In this document: piece by piece, positions 49,951-63,500 of the stretch
Position numbering within the stretch: the stretch's first letter is position 1
Layout: each line of letters opens with the position of its first letter
Source of the DNA: Prorocentrum cordatum
Taxonomy: Eukaryota
Assembly (NCBI GenBank): GCA_963575745.1
Contig: CAUYUJ010000070.1
Coordinates: 434,001-498,000 of the forward strand
Direction of reading: 5' to 3'
DNA: 64,000 nucleotides
Translations under genes and position numbers: made by a program
Notes under the pieces: generated by a model
Told to the model about the DNA's origin: nothing
What the model saw: the letters and a program-made list of their open reading frames with translations, nothing else
Databases searched by the model: none

Positions 49951-50974
49951 GCATTGTGAAAAAAACACCAGGAAGAAAAAAAAACAAAAAAAAAATCGCC
50001 GACATCCTGTGAAAAAGCAATACGCGTCGGGTGCCGAACACTCCGAGACAGATTCCGGCATAGACTCAGAGAGAGGAGAGTAGTATTCATATTGAACAAT
50101 TGTGAAGAGGAGGAAGAAGAAGAAGAAGAAGAAAGCAGGAGTTTGGAGGCGGATGGGTTGAAGGAGGAGGAGAGGCGGAGGGGGGGGAGGCGGAGTGGGG
50201 ATGAGGATGAGGGGGGTGCAGAAATGGGAGGAGGAGGTGGAAAAGGAGGAGGAGAAGGAGGAGGGGGAAGAGGAGGAGAGTGGTAGACGGGAGGGGGAGA
50301 AGAAAGAAGAGCCTCATCTTTCTTCTCCCCCTTCCCTCTTAGAGGGGAACCGAAGTAAATCGAAGATGCAGCAGCGATGATGCAACAGCACCCCCTCCCG
50401 TCCCGAGTGCCCCCCCCTCAAACGCCCCTAGAAGTTGTCCTTTTCACTACAAGGAGTGCCCCCTTTGAAAGGGGAGCGCCCATTCAGGCAGGAGTCCCGT
50501 TTTGAAAATGAACTGCCCTGCCCATTCTTTGCAACGCCGAGGCGATTGAGCATCAAGTTCAATCAAAAAGGAGCCGCCGCCATTTTGAGTGTATTCCACA
50601 CGCGCCGCCCCACTCGAGTCTCACCTGCCGTCTGGGTCCATCGCCGCGGGGCGGTCATACCTGGCGAATTACGGCCCTGAGGGCGCGAAGCCCGCGAAGC
50701 GGGCGCCACGTGTGAAGCTGCAGAGGCCACCGCGACAAGCTACTAAGTAGAACCTCCCCACCCATGCAGCTGCTGTAACCATGAAGGCGGATGCGCGCAT
50801 CGCTGAGGCGAGATCCACCCTGAAAACTGTCCACCCTACATCTGGGCAGCTGCTGGGAACTTCGAACATCAGGACAACGAGCTGTGCGGATATATCTCGC
50901 GAAGCGCTCGGCCAGCCCTACGGGCACTCCTGGCAGTGCTGCGAGACAGGACTACGCGTAGGGCAGAGGGATTG

Positions 50975-51295
50975 AAAAGGAGGGGGAGGAGGAGGAGGAG
51001 GAGGAGGAGGAGGAGGAGGAGGAGGAGGAGGAGGAGGAGGAGGAGGAGGGAGTGAGGAGGGAGATCGCAGGAAGGGAGTGAAGGAGGGAGATAGGAGGGA
51101 AGGGAGGAGGAGGAGGAGGAGGAGGAGAAAGGAGCAGGAGGAGAAGAATGACGAAGAAGCTGGAGCAGGAAGAGAAGAATCAGCAAGAAAAGGAGGATGA
51201 GGAGGAGGAGGAGGAGAGCAGGAAGGAGGAAGTGGAGGGGAAGGAGCAGGAGCACTAGTACGAGGGGCAGGAGGAGCAACAGTAGGAGGGGGGGA
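50975..51295. repeat. (GGA)n tract
   Basis: Direct reading. Confidence 0.95.
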
Positions 51296-53029
51296 CGACA
51301 TTCTCCTCGAACTCCTCCCGCGTCCTAGTTGCGTCCTCCCTACAGCTGGCCAGCCATTTGCTGCGCCATCTGAGACTCGAGGTGCGCCAGGAACAGCTGC
51401 ATCGGGTCCTCGCCACGTCTCCCTCCACGTGGAGGGGCCAGGGGGAAGGATAAGGAAAAGAAAAAAGGGAATCTATGAGGGAGAGGAGGATAAGGAGGAA
51501 AGGAGGACGAGAAGCGGGGAAAAGAGGAGGACGACAACGAAAACGGGAGGGCGGAGAGGAGCAATGGAGAGCGCGAAGCTCGTAAACTCGCCGCGCTATT
51601 CCTGCGAATTGGTTGATCGCCCCCTCTCGCAGACAGTGTCATCGATCACTTCAGACACAGGCTAATACATACAACTGGTGTGCCCAAGTCCGCGTGATTC
51701 GCACAGGTGTTCAAGCACCAGAGGCTCGATATACCAGGGGAAATGGAATGATGGCAATGCGACGCGACGCCCTGACGCCCCAGCAAGCATCCGAATTATC
51801 AGGAACTAGGCTTACACGTTCGAATTCTGTCCATCTTGGCGGTCATATTGGCGGTCCTGGTCCAAAAACCAACAAACATACAAACTCGCGCTCCGTGTAC
51901 AAATCCGCCGACCCTGTCGGCATGTGTGAGATGTTTCTTCCGTTTGAGTCGTCGTCGTCGTCGTCGTCGCTGCTCCCGCCCTTTCCCTGGGCCCTCCTCC
52001 TCAAGCGATCCAGCCAAACGGATGCCAAACAATCTCGCAATTGATTCGAAGGGAAGCCCCTTCCATTTGGTACCTTTCCTGCCGGGGGGGGTCGCGGGGT
52101 AGGTCCCGGGGTGGGTCCCGGGGGGGGTCCCGGGGAGGGTCCCGGGGGGATCCCGAGGGTCGTGACCTCGCCCCCGAGGGGTCGCCCCTGTGGACAAAGG
52201 AGACATGGGGGTGGTTCCCCTATGGACAAGGAAACTCAAAACCCCTTCCCCCGCCCCCCCCCCGTGGACACGGGGACCACCAACACCTCCCCTCCACCCG
52301 ACCCCCCCTCCCATGGAGACGCCCTCCTCACTCTAATCTGCTGTTGCGGGGTGCTGCGTGTTTCCCCACTTGCCGACACAAAGCCTCAGATCCGCTCCGA
52401 GGCGGCTCCCAATGACAACGGAGCTTCCCCAAGAAGTCCCCCAAGAGGCCACCCAACAGAGCCCAAGAGGCTCCCAAGAGAGCCCCAAGAAGGGTTCCAG
52501 AGCGTCCGCGGCGTCGTCGTCGCCGCCGCCGCCGCCGCCGTCCCCCTTCAGGACCGGCGGCACCGGCCGTCAGGCCCTCCCAATATGTACCGATCAATAC
52601 GACCACCCTTCGGGTGATAAGGAGGTCGCGGGGGGGGGACCAGCTGATGACGACTGCGATGGGACACCATCGGGGCACCTTGGGAACAAATGAATGCCAC
52701 CACCAGGACATCATCGGGACATCATCGGGACACCATCGGGACACCATCGGAACACCATCGGGACTCCATTGTGGTCCATCCGTCCACAATTTATCGATCT
52801 AAGTCCCTATCGGCCTCAGTACAGGTCTCACGATCGATCTCACTATCGATCTCACGCTCAATATCAATATATATATATATATATATATAATATATATATA
52901 TATATATAATATATGGTGAGGTATACCGCCAAGATCTGGGATGTGTTTTTTGTTGTTTGTTCTTGAAGATGTTTTTCATCACGCCCCTTTTCAAATTGCT
53001 TTGCAACGCCTCTACAACGACTATCAGTT

Positions 53030-54600
53030 TGTAGGCGCCACAACAGGATTCCTTGTCTAACGGCGCCACAAAAGGAATCCTTTCATATGGCCGCCACAAA
53101 AGGAATCTGTTTGTAATGGCACCACAAAAGAGATCCTTGCGTAAGGCCGCCACAAAAGGCCTCCTCCTGTAAGGCCGCCACAAAAGGAAAATTCTTTTGT
53201 AGGGCCGCCACAAAAGAAATCCCTTTTGTAAGGCCGCTCATCCTCCTTCGGACGCCAGCAGCGGAAAACCAGGAAAACAAGGAAAAACAAGGAAAACAAT
53301 GAAAGCACAGAGAAAAACAAAGAAAAACAGAAAAAGACTATGATAACACAGCCAAGAACAATGTAATCAAAAGACATATGAAAACACAGCAAAAAAAACA
53401 ATGCACACACAACAAAACCTATAAAAATACATGGTTTTCTTGTGTGTGCATTGCTTTTTGTTGTGTTGTCATAGGTTTTCATGTGCTTTCATTGTCTTTG
53501 GCTGTGTTTGCATAGTTTGTTTCTGTTGTTCCTTCTTTTTCGCTGTGTTTTCCTTGTTTCCCTTGTTGTTCCTTGTTTTCCTGGTTTTCCGCTGCTGGCT
53601 CCCGAGAAAAAAAAAGACGATCTTAAGAAAGGATTCCTTTTGCAGCGTCCTTACAAAAAGGTTCCTTTTGCGGCGGCCTTACAAAGGGCAAAGGATATCC
53701 ATTTGCAAGGCCGCTATTTTTTCGGAAGCCAACAACGGAAAACCAGGAAAACAAGGAAAAACAATGCAAACAGGGAACGCACAGCGAAAAGCAATGAAAA
53801 ACATAAAAATAATATGAAAACGCAACAACAAAACAATGCAAATCAAAGAAGCCGTATGAAAACTCAGCAAAAAAATGCAAACACAAGAACAGAGTAGATT
53901 TTCATATGGTTTCTAATGTGTTCATTGCTTTCTGTTGCGGTTTCATTTGTTTTTTTGTTTGTGTGTGTTTTCCCAAATGCTCGTTGGTGTTGAAAGTTTT
54001 TCGCTGTGTATTCACAATGCTTCTCTTTTTTTTTAATATATGTATATATATATAGATATATTAGTATTAGTATTAGTATTAATATTACTATGATTATTAT
54101 TATTATTGTTTCTGGCAGTGTTTTCATTGGTTTTCTGTTACTGTCATTGCTTCTTGCTGTGTTTTCACAAGTTCGCATGTGCTTTCATTGTTGTTGGCTG
54201 TGTTTTCATGATATGTTTCGGTTGTTCCTTGTTTTTCGTTGTGTTTTCCTTGTTTTCCTTGTCGTCCCGTGTTTTCTTGGTTTTCCGCTGCAGGCCGCCT
54301 ACAAAAGACTAGCGCTCTTACAAATGGATCCCTTTTGTGGCGGCCTTACAAGGGGATCCCTTTTGTGGCGGCCTTACAAAAAGGATTGCTTCTGTGGCGG
54401 CCTCATAAATAGATTCATTCTGTGGCGGCCTTGCAAAAAGATTCCTTTCGTGGCGGCCTTACAAAAGGATTCCTTTGGTGGCGGCCCTACAATGGGATTT
54501 GTTTGTGGCGGCCTTACAATAGGATGCCTTTTGCGGAGGCCATGCAAAGGATTGCTGCCGTGGCGGCTTGGCAACAAGTTTTCTTCTGTCGCGGCATGAC
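53030..54600. repeat. Foldback region: ~31-bp aaggccgccacaaaagg repeats and ~180-bp arms in alternating orientation
   Basis: 53255-53430 is inverted at 53430-53600; 53735-53890 is inverted at 54120-54290; the 31-mers run forward at 53030-53240 and reverse at 54295-54600. Confidence 0.85.
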
Positions 54601-55499
54601 AAGAGAACTCCTTTTTTTCCGGCGGCCCGGACGCACCCCTGGAGGGGTTTCTTTTGTTGCACCGTCGTCACAAGCGGGGAAGTCGCCTAAGATGTTGTCG
54701 TCTTGGCGCGGGATGCGCGCCATGAGAGACGCATCGGAAGATGAACATTGCTATCGAATTCACTCTGCCAGCGAACTTGAACCGCGGCGGACGCACCCCT
54801 TGAGGGTTTCTTTTTTGCTTCGTGTTTCAAAAGGGGAAAGTACGTGCATTGCTTTTAAAGTTGGGTGGTGCATGCCTACTGTGAGAAGCGCATCGAGTGA
54901 AGCTGATCGCCATTAATGTCGTTTTCTTCAGGAGTTTGCTTCACGGCGGACGCACCCCTTGAGGGTTTTTCTTTCTCCTTGTCGCTCAAGGGGGAAACTA
55001 TGCGCAATGTGTGTACATTCTGGGCGCTGGGGTTGCTGCAGTTAGAAACACAGAGGATGAAAGCTACCAGCCTCTGCTTTATTTGCGTAAGGAATTTCTC
55101 CCATGGCGTGCGCACGCCTTGAATAGGCCAGCGCATTCTGCATTTGTTTGGGCACTCTGTCTGTTAGCCAGGTCGCTAGAGTATAATTATTTACAAATGG
55201 TATGATTGCAAAACTTTAGCAACGCTGAATGCTCTCGCCACCTCCTTCCATGCAGGATGGTGCGCGCATCAACATGGCGCGGCGCACATCACATCGTTCA
55301 TGGACACGCACCCCATGCGGATCCCTGACATTTTCCGGGGCAACATTTAATTGATGCTTCCCTCACACGCTATTCGCGTAACCCGCGCGTTCGCTAAACG
55401 CGCGGCGTTGGTCGTGAGTTTGAACGTGAGTTTCGACGAGGCAGCAGAGGCATCCCATTTTGGAGGCTGGCCATCACACGGCGCCCGCGTAATTCGCGC

Positions 55500-56080
55500 T
55501 GTTGCTTAACGCGCTTATTGGTCGTCGGTTTGATGGGCGAGCCTCGACGAGCTAGCAGGGGCATCATTTTTTGGATGCCCCCGCGATCGTCTTCGTCGCG
55601 TTCTGCCTGCTCTTGCAATAATAGCCGCGCCGCGCGTGTGCAACGTGTGCATCTACATTTTCGCTTATCGGCTATGTCCATTGAAAATGATTACAGCTTG
55701 CGAACAGATTTTTGTTATCCCCGAGGGTCTCGCGCCTTTAGCGCGAGTTGCTTGCGTTTTCAGCTTGCGAAGTATACTAGGAAAAAGCCTTCGCGCTTTT
55801 GCTTAACGCGCGTTGTTAGTTATCTCCTGGAAGGGAAAGCTTCGACGAGCTAGCAGGGGCATCCATTTTTGGATGCCCCCGCGATCGCCTTCTTCGCCGT
55901 TTGCATTCGCTTGCAATAGCGGCAGCGAGGCGCACGCGCAACGCATGCATCTACATATTCTTTTACCGTTTACGCCCATTGACAGTGACCGCAACTTGCG
56001 AACAGGTTTTTGTCACCCCCGAGGGCCTCACGCCTTTCGCGCGATTTGCGTGCGCTTTCAGCTTATAACGCACACTGAGA
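55500..56080. repeat. Diverged tandem duplication, ~298-bp period
   Basis: gcttaacgcgc...tcgacgagctagcaggggcatc.tttttggatgcccccgcgatcg occurs near 55504 and 55801. Confidence 0.85.
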
Positions 56081-56327
56081 GAGAGCCTTGCCCACCAGGC
56101 ATTCTTCAATTTAAGTTGCGTTAACACTTGCGCAGGTCGAAGAATTCATGTGCCTCCATGTCTTTCTGCCTTGGTCATCAGGTTCTGATATGTGCGACTC
56201 CCCAGCGCATGAGAAGAGCGCATCCGTTCTTCGATGCCCCGAGTCGCGGCCTTCGCTTTTGGATGTTTGTTGCGCCACGTGCTGCATGTGGTTTCTTTTG
56301 CCTTAACGTGACGATATTATTTTATTT

Positions 56328-56371
56328 TATATATATATATATATATATATAAAAAAAAAAAAAAAAAAAAA

Positions 56372-56414
<43 letters not shown>
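56328..56414 (+). repeat. (AT)n followed by a ~63-nt poly(A) run
   Basis: Direct reading. Confidence 0.95.
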
Positions 56415-56415
<1 letters not shown>

Positions 56416-56699
56416 GTTGTAAGCATCCGTCGTGCTCGCCCCCTCCAGCCTCCCCCCCCCCTCCCCCCCCCCCCTCTCCTGTCACCCAGGAAGGGGCGGG
56501 GGCAAGGAAGAAGTCTGAAGGAAGAAGCGAGCGATCGAGAAATCGGACTGGAGAAGGAAACTGGAAGGGGGAGAGAGCAGGAGGAGGAGGGACACGGGGG
56601 TGAGAGGAACAATTTTTGAAGCCCTGAGGGCCTTTCGTCGTCGTTGTCTTTGTCGTTATCCAGCTGCCCGCGGCAGGTCCCGCCACCGCACCAGCCCAG

Positions 56700-57819
56700 C
56701 ATGCTCGGCGGCGACTGTTCGAGAAGGCATCGAAGAAACTGTGCAAGAAGAAGTAGACCAGTGTATGGAAAATACCTCATATGTCCGCCACGGCATAGCT
56801 TCGCGATCTCGCAAAGATCGCGCCACCTGGGCTTGGAATATGAACGATATCGCGGCGGCTAATGAGAAGGCTCTGATTACGCGCCTCACCAGGGATGGCT
56901 TTCTAAAGAAGTGGACTGAGCGCCATTGCCCGCATTGCGGAGAGGAGCGCGCCGGTCCGCTTCAGCGGCGCGCCAGCGGTACCTGGGCATATAAATGCAA
57001 GAAAGACGGGCACCAACGATTCATCCTTCCTCATGCCGAGCACCCCGTTTTTCTCGGCGGGCTCGGGGCGCGCTCCAAAATCGCCCCGAAGCCAAGCGCG
57101 GATCCTTTTCGGGCTCATCTTGGGCTTGACTCACTGACAGATTCACTTACTGCGGGGGGGGCAGCGCCAAGCGCATCACCGAGATGCCGAAGCGACTCGA
57201 CGCGCGCCTGGCGAACGACGCCGTCGCCCGAGAGAGGGGCATCAAATTTGGGGGCGATCTCAAACAAGAGTGGCGCGACGTCGGGGCGGACGAGGTCGAC
57301 TTGGGCAAGGAGTTCGTCACCGATAACGCCAAGGACAAACTCAGATGGCCCCAGCGGGCTGGCATAGCGGGGCAGACCAAGCAGCTCAGTACTTTTCCGC
57401 GCGAAGCCCAAACTTACAAGCAGGAGGACTCCTGGCCCTGGGCCGATCAAGAAATCAGATTGGTACCAAATTGCGAGAAAAAATGGCTAAAGGGGCGCAA
57501 GATTCTCTTGCACACTGACGGAGCCCGCTCATACAAGCTGGGGCTGAACCGCAAGAACACTTTGGATGGCGTCATCCACGGCTACGTCACCCACAAGCCA
57601 AAGAAAGACGGGAAATTCCTGCGCCCCAAATACGCGCAGCTCTTCGCTCACAGCATTGGTGGGGCCACCACGTACACGAAAGGTGGGGCCCAGATAACTG
57701 ATCGGTGTTGGCAGCATATTCGTAAGTTTGTAGGCAGGCGGTCGGCCGCTAGCTCATCCCAGACGGGGATGGATGCGCGCGCGCGCTGCGCAGTGGGCCT
57801 ACTGGCACAAAGACGATGA
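56700..57819 (+). pseudogene. IS1595/ISXO2-like (Merlin) transposase, frameshifted
   Basis: Zinc ribbon CPHCG...YKC; catalytic motifs VGADEVDLG, LHTDGARSY, GYVTHK and GAQITDRCW; split between ORFs 56600..57367 and 57184..57819. Confidence 0.85.
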
Positions 57820-57964
57820 TTTGTTTTTGAGAGCAGGAGAAGTGTTTAGGCGTCGCTGCTGAACTGGCACTGTATTTCTGAGTTCGTACTCGACTTCTTT
57901 GAACATAAAAAAAGTATTTCCAGATCTTGATGGTAGACGTGAGCATATGTATACATATATATAT

Positions 57965-58310
57965 ATGTCGATCTCACGGTCGGTCTCACTATCGATCTCG
58001 AAATCAGCTCTGCGATCGATCTCACGATCGGTATCACCAGATGTTCGTCGATCTCACTATAGGTCTCACGATCGGTTCCACGATCGGTTCCGCTGTCGAT
58101 CTCAATTTCACTGTACGCTTATCGATATCACTATCGGTGTCACTATCGATCAATCGGTCTCACGAACGACCGCAATATCCCACTATCGATCTCAATTAAT
58201 GTTTTCGATCTCCTTATATCTCACCCTCGGTCGGTCGACCAATCGATCCGTCGCACTAAAAATCGGACTCAACATCCAAGACACAGTCCCACAATCAATT
58301 GATCTCAAGA
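57965..58310. repeat. Degenerate cactatcgatct / cacgatcggtct 12-bp repeats
   Basis: The same motif in the same orientation occurs at 52790-52865. Confidence 0.8.
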
Positions 58311-58359
58311 ACTATTGGTAGCACGATGCAGGCATAGAAGACTGCAGCGGCGCTTCGCC

Positions 58360-58900
58360 ATGCATTGATTTCAACCGCGAGGTCATTGCAAAACTGATTG
58401 ATCTCAACACGAAGTTATTGCAACGCTATGCTGGAGAAGAAACCGTCATGGGAGAATATCCCTTCGAGAATCAGACACGAAGACGGGCCCCGACATCAAA
58501 TAGACAGTTACTGTTGGAAATACGCAGCGCCGTGGACAGCTGCATCGCGAATCTGCTTTTTTCCGACACAGGTGTAGAAGCCAAAACAACACATTACGAT
58601 ATGGGTCCATATCCTACAGAGCCGATGCAATCAGAGCGCTTCAAGAAGCTGGATCACGTCTTCCTTGCGCGGAACTGGCTCAGCAATGTTACGTCTATAT
58701 GGAAGACTGCAAAAGGTTGTTACAAGCGCATCATGTCGTACATGTTGTTGATATTGATATCGGCATGCCGAGAACAAAACGCCCACGCAAAGCATTGCAG
58801 CTTGACTTCACGGAACTCAAAGGAAAGGACTTCGCGGACAAGTATGGTGAAGCCTGCCTGCGTTCATCATTGGGGAGTCGCGCCTCTCTGTCCAGATCTT
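58360..58900 (+). pseudogene. Fragment of a LINE APE endonuclease (C-terminal half)
   Basis: DFN near 58367, then SNRQLLLE, CIANLLF and KLDHVFL in typical EEP motif order. Confidence 0.7.
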
Positions 58901-58934
58901 GGCTCTGACGTATCAGGTGAAACGCGCCTTTTTC

Positions 58935-59340
58935 AAATCCGCCACGTCCTGGTGGACACCGAATCCCGCCATCACTCCTCTCCTTGACCCCTCCGCTCGA
59001 TATTTTCGTTTCCCTCTGGACCGATGAGCAACGCCAATCTCGCGACCCTTCGAACCTAGGCGCGTTTCCCCATCCGCCACGCCCCGGTGGAAGAGCGATC
59101 CCGCCACCACTCCTCCCCTGGGCCCGCTCAAGTGAAAAATGCGTTTCCCTCCGAGCCGATAAGCAACGTCATCGCGCGACCCTTCGAGCACAACCGCGCC
59201 CCCCGCCATCCGCCACGTCCTGGCGGAGGCCGCATCCCGCCCCCCCCCCCCCCCCCCCCCTGGACCCCTCCACTTCATAAATACTTCCCCTGCCCGGCCA
59301 ATAAGCAACGTCCATCGCGCGACCCTTCGAGTCTAAGCGC
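58935..59340. repeat. ~135-bp tandem repeat, 3 copies
   Basis: atccgccacg...agcaacg...cgcgacccttcga recurs near 58937, 59072 and 59208. Confidence 0.8.
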
Positions 59341-59649
59341 GCTTGTTGGAAGACGCAGCCCCAATTTTAAGAGGTCTCGCGAGCCCCCGCAAGGCCTGCA
59401 GAAAGAGAGGCCTGCGAACGCGCGCGCACGCGGACGCATCACGCGAGGCATCCGCCCCTGATGGAAAACACCGCCCGGCAGTCAGCAACCCTCTGGCCGC
59501 GCGACTGGCGGGCAGCAAGACTTCGATACATAACTAAGGTGCGGGGCCCCGCACCATCAAGCAGAACTGAACAGGACAGCAGCAAGATTGAGAAAAAAAC
59601 AGAGACAGCAGCAAGATTGAGAACAAAAACAAAACTGCGGCCCACGGGG

Positions 59650-60585
59650 TCAGGAATCACCTAGGAAATAAAACCAGCATCCGCAGGAGCCATATTTATT
59701 ATTCCCCATTGCCTTGGCCGTTGGCTTGAAGGCCAATTCCTCTACCTTCTTCGCGGCCTTGGGGCGCGGGGCGCGATCGTCGTTTATCCGCGCGCCTGCC
59801 AGCTCCCGCCATTTCGCCGCATGGCGCAGCATGCCGATAGCCTCGATCAGCTCTCGGTGACGGTCCGCAGTCAGGACCCAGCGGACCTCGCTCTCTTTCT
59901 CGTCTTCCAAGCTCTCGATTACGAAGCAACTCGAGGCCTGGAACGAATTCTTCTGGGGGGCCTTCTCGCTGGCTGCGATCAGGGCCTTCGAGGCCGCCAT
60001 CACCAGCCGCTGGTTGTCGTCGGACATGTCCTCCTCCAGCGCGGCCCCGTGCTCGCGCAGCGCAAATTGGAGGTGTTGCAAGACTGCGGGGAACATGGCG
60101 TCTGGGCGCTTGCCTTGCGGGTGGCCCACGTACGTCGCGCCCTTCCCCGCGGCCTCGGCCTTGGCGACCTTGCCCTCGGAGTCGCACGACTCCCCTGCGA
60201 GGTTCATGCTCAGCTTCACCTTGGCCTTGCCCGCCAGCTCCGAGACCGCGTCGTTGTCGAGGTGGTCGGAGCAGTGGCGGCCCTCGTGCTAGAGAATGAG
60301 CTTGGCCATCTCCTTCATCAGCGTCCTTCCAGCGCTGCTCAGGGCGGCGCCGGCTCCGCCCCCGCCCCCGCCCTCGCCCTCGCCCGCGCCCTCGGACCTT
60401 TGCCGCCCGGCAGGCTTCACAGGCGCGCCCTCGGACGCTCCCATGGACGTCGGATGACAGCCCAGGCGGCGGGGGCGGCGGCGGAGGCCCCGGAGGTGGC
60501 CGAGGGCCCTGCTCACCTTGAGCATCAGCAGCGGCGGCGCGACAACGACACGAACGCGTTTCTTAAAGAGGTCGGCATCGAGCAT
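59650..60585 (-). pseudogene. Unknown ORF immediately downstream of LINE pol, with one in-frame stop
   Basis: ORFs 60289..60585 and 59650..60219 are in the same frame and separated by one TAG. Protein-like composition (MKEMAKLIL*HEGRH...GHPQGKRPDAMF...). Confidence 0.6.
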
Positions 60586-60599
60586 TGAAGTGCGGGGGT

Positions 60600-63500
60600 C
60601 TGCTTCGGGGTCTCACCAATCACGCGATCATGACGTTGGCGTCCGAAGTGGAAGTTGAGGGCTCGACTGGTCTGAAACTCGACGCAACACATTTGACGGG
60701 CATGGCGAACAGCTTCGGGGTCGTCATTACCTCCTCCACCAACCTGAACTCCTGGGGCCTGAACATGGCACTGACTGCGTCGATCTTCGACCGTGGATTT
60801 GAAACTCCGAACCATCGCGAGTCTGGGTTTGGGGGGGCCCAAGGAGCAACGCGTAGCGTTCGGGGGCAAGCGAATCCAAATGGACGGGCTCGCACTTCAT
60901 GTCCGACGAAAAGGCCGCGAGGAGGCGCGCCAGGCCAATCAGCAACTGGCGTCGGCGGTCGGCTGTTCCGCCCGCCCGTTCAAAGGTGAGCGCGCCTAGC
61001 AAGCGCGTTCTGACTGCAACGGGGGCGCCCGTAGGAGACGCCGTCGGCGCGAATCCAGGCTGGAGCAGACCACGCCGCTGCAAGAGTCGGCGGCATCTCA
61101 GATCTGACTGGATAGTGCGCACCTTCAGGCGCTCGGCGCCCACCAGATGCGCTGGCAGCTCCGCCACGACACGAAGCCTGGCGGCCTGCCAGCGCTCGAC
61201 TCGGGTCGAAGCTCCATGACTGAGAAGACACACCTCCAAGCCATGCAGTGCATGTGTACGCGCGAGCGAAAGCCACAGTCGCACTTTCAGCTGGGCAGGG
61301 ACGACGCCCTTGCGGAAAACCTTCGGCGCCAGGCGTGCGCGGGCCACGGTGGCCTTGCGAATCCGAGCCTCCACTGTCACTCCACTCCGACCAGTGGCGG
61401 ACACTTGGGGCCCCAGGCACTGCGCGGCATCCTGAGGATGAAGAGGCCGGCCGCACCATGTCATACCAACCGTCCTCGCGGCGATATCTTTGTGGAAGCG
61501 TCTCGACCCGCGACCAGCAGCAACTGCCGTGACCTCCGTCTTCGGCGCGTCCATGCGGTTGCCCATGGAGCGCAGCACGGAGGCAATGAATGTGATATAC
61601 TCGGCCTCTTCGGCCCAATTCCCGACGACGACCAAGGCAATCAAGCCATCCACTAAGCAAATCCGCGATACACCCATGCGCGTAATCACGTCGTTGAGGT
61701 CGAGCGTGGCAGCGACGAGCACGATGGCCCTGTTTCTGCTTCGCAAGCTTCAGTGCCTCAATGCCACGTTGCAGGCGGCGAAGAACAGCGGCGGGCCCTC
61801 CACGGACCCTTGACAAACTCCGAGGTGGACGGCAAGCTTTGCAACGATCTTGCCAGACCCCAGGTATTTGAATAGGCTTGTAACGCTGTGGAGTTCAGAG
61901 CACGGAGAAAATCCAGCAGGCTCAACTACCCGGCCGACCTCATCCCAGATGGTAGACCGAGTAAGGATGCCGAAAGCAGTCTCAAAGGCCCCCCCTCACC
62001 CCGACAAGTATTTGCACTTCTTTGAATGTCTGGCACCACATGAAAACGCCGAAACGTTCCACCAAACACAGCTATGGCATCACGAGTCGATCACTTCGCT
62101 GCAGCACCAAACTGTAGATCCTTCCCACAGGTGTCTTGACGAACGGTCGAGCCAGAAATTCGGGTATGCCCTTGCCTAGATGGTCGCGAATGCTGAGCGT
62201 GCGACAATGGTCGCGGGCGTTGGTCGCGTTCCCCTCGGGCTTGCGCAGCTGCGCAGTGATCCCATCTGTGAGCTGCACGGCGCCTGCCAACTTCCATAAC
62301 TCAGCCACTACGCCTCGCGGCCGAGGATGTCCACCGCCTGCTGCATCGATAGGTGGGGCTGCCTGGTGGTCCGTCACGAGGTCGATGATGTTCTGGACGT
62401 CGGCGGCGGCACAGCTCAGAATATGATGGAGAGACTGAGCTCCTTGGGCGGTAGGCGGCGGCGCCATGGGCGCACGTCTGGAGGCCGGCGGGATCTCATC
62501 ACATCGGAATGCGTTGAGCAGGGCCTGCTCGCGCGCGCAGTTCTCAGAATCAGCGCCCATGCAAGGCATGCCGTTGGTGCCCACCACCGTCGCCGTAGCT
62601 GGGGTAGGCTTGGGAGCGATACTACCAATATGCTTGTAGCACTTCCTAGGGTCGTAAAATCCGGCGGCAGCGGTAGCTTCCTCAGCAAGCGCAGCAAATG
62701 CCTGGCGTCGTTCGGCTCGGGCAGCTCGCTCTGCAATCGCACAGAGGTGTCGGGCACGTGCCTGCGCATTAAGAAATACACCTGTAGGTGCACGCTGGAC
62801 AGAAAGCCAAGTAAGCAAAAATATGGCTTCCTGCTTCTGCTTAATTGAATGGCGGTCTCAGGGGTGAATGTGAAGAACGTTCGCTCTGTCCCCGACAAGA
62901 GGAAGTCAGTTGCCGCCGTCGCTACTGCGCGCCCCAAGAGATCATAACATTCAGCCGGTGACCTCGCCGCCAGCTCGGGGTCAAGGGAGGCGCGGGCACG
63001 GGTCAGGCGGTCCTGGTGCCTTTGCGCGTCACTGATGTTTGTGGCCACGGGGCCTCCACTTCCTGGCACGTCAGCTTCAACTGCGGCCCAGTGCTGCCAT
63101 TCTTTGAGGGGGGCCATCAATCTTTGTCTGCCCCGTGTCGGCGCGAGCGACCTTGGCAGGCGCCTCGGAAAATGGCGGCCCACTCGCACAGAAGCATCGA
63201 TGATCACGCGGTCGCGGGCGGGGCCCAGAGACAGGGGCGCGTCGAGAATAACGCGGACAGAATATTGAGAGCCAGAGCTTCTTGATGCAGCGATATAGCC
63301 AATCCCGGTTTCACCTCGGCCGCCGGGCCCCCCCCCGCGCTGAGCTGCGCCCCCTGGCCGGCCCAAAGGCGTTGAGCGCCCGCATGCGGTGCTCGGGGGG
63401 CAGGTCACAGAGCCGCCGCCCACCGCCCACCCACTGACGACGGCATCGACCACAAGAGATCGCATACCCAACTTCGGGAAGAGAGGGTGCCAGACTGCCG

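Larger units (their letters stand above)
52921..57938 (+). mobile_element. Merlin (IS1595-related) DNA transposon, ~5.0 kb
   Basis: 19-bp TIR GTATACCGCCAAGATCTGG versus GTCTACCATCAAGATCTGG (16/19). GTGAG on both flanks (52916-52920, 57939-57943). Splits an (AT)n/atcgatctc repeat region and contains a transposase remnant. Confidence 0.75.

Noticed and set aside
50576..50592. GCCATTTTG as a relict SL
   Set aside because: Only 9 nt match and the GCTCAAG end is missing.
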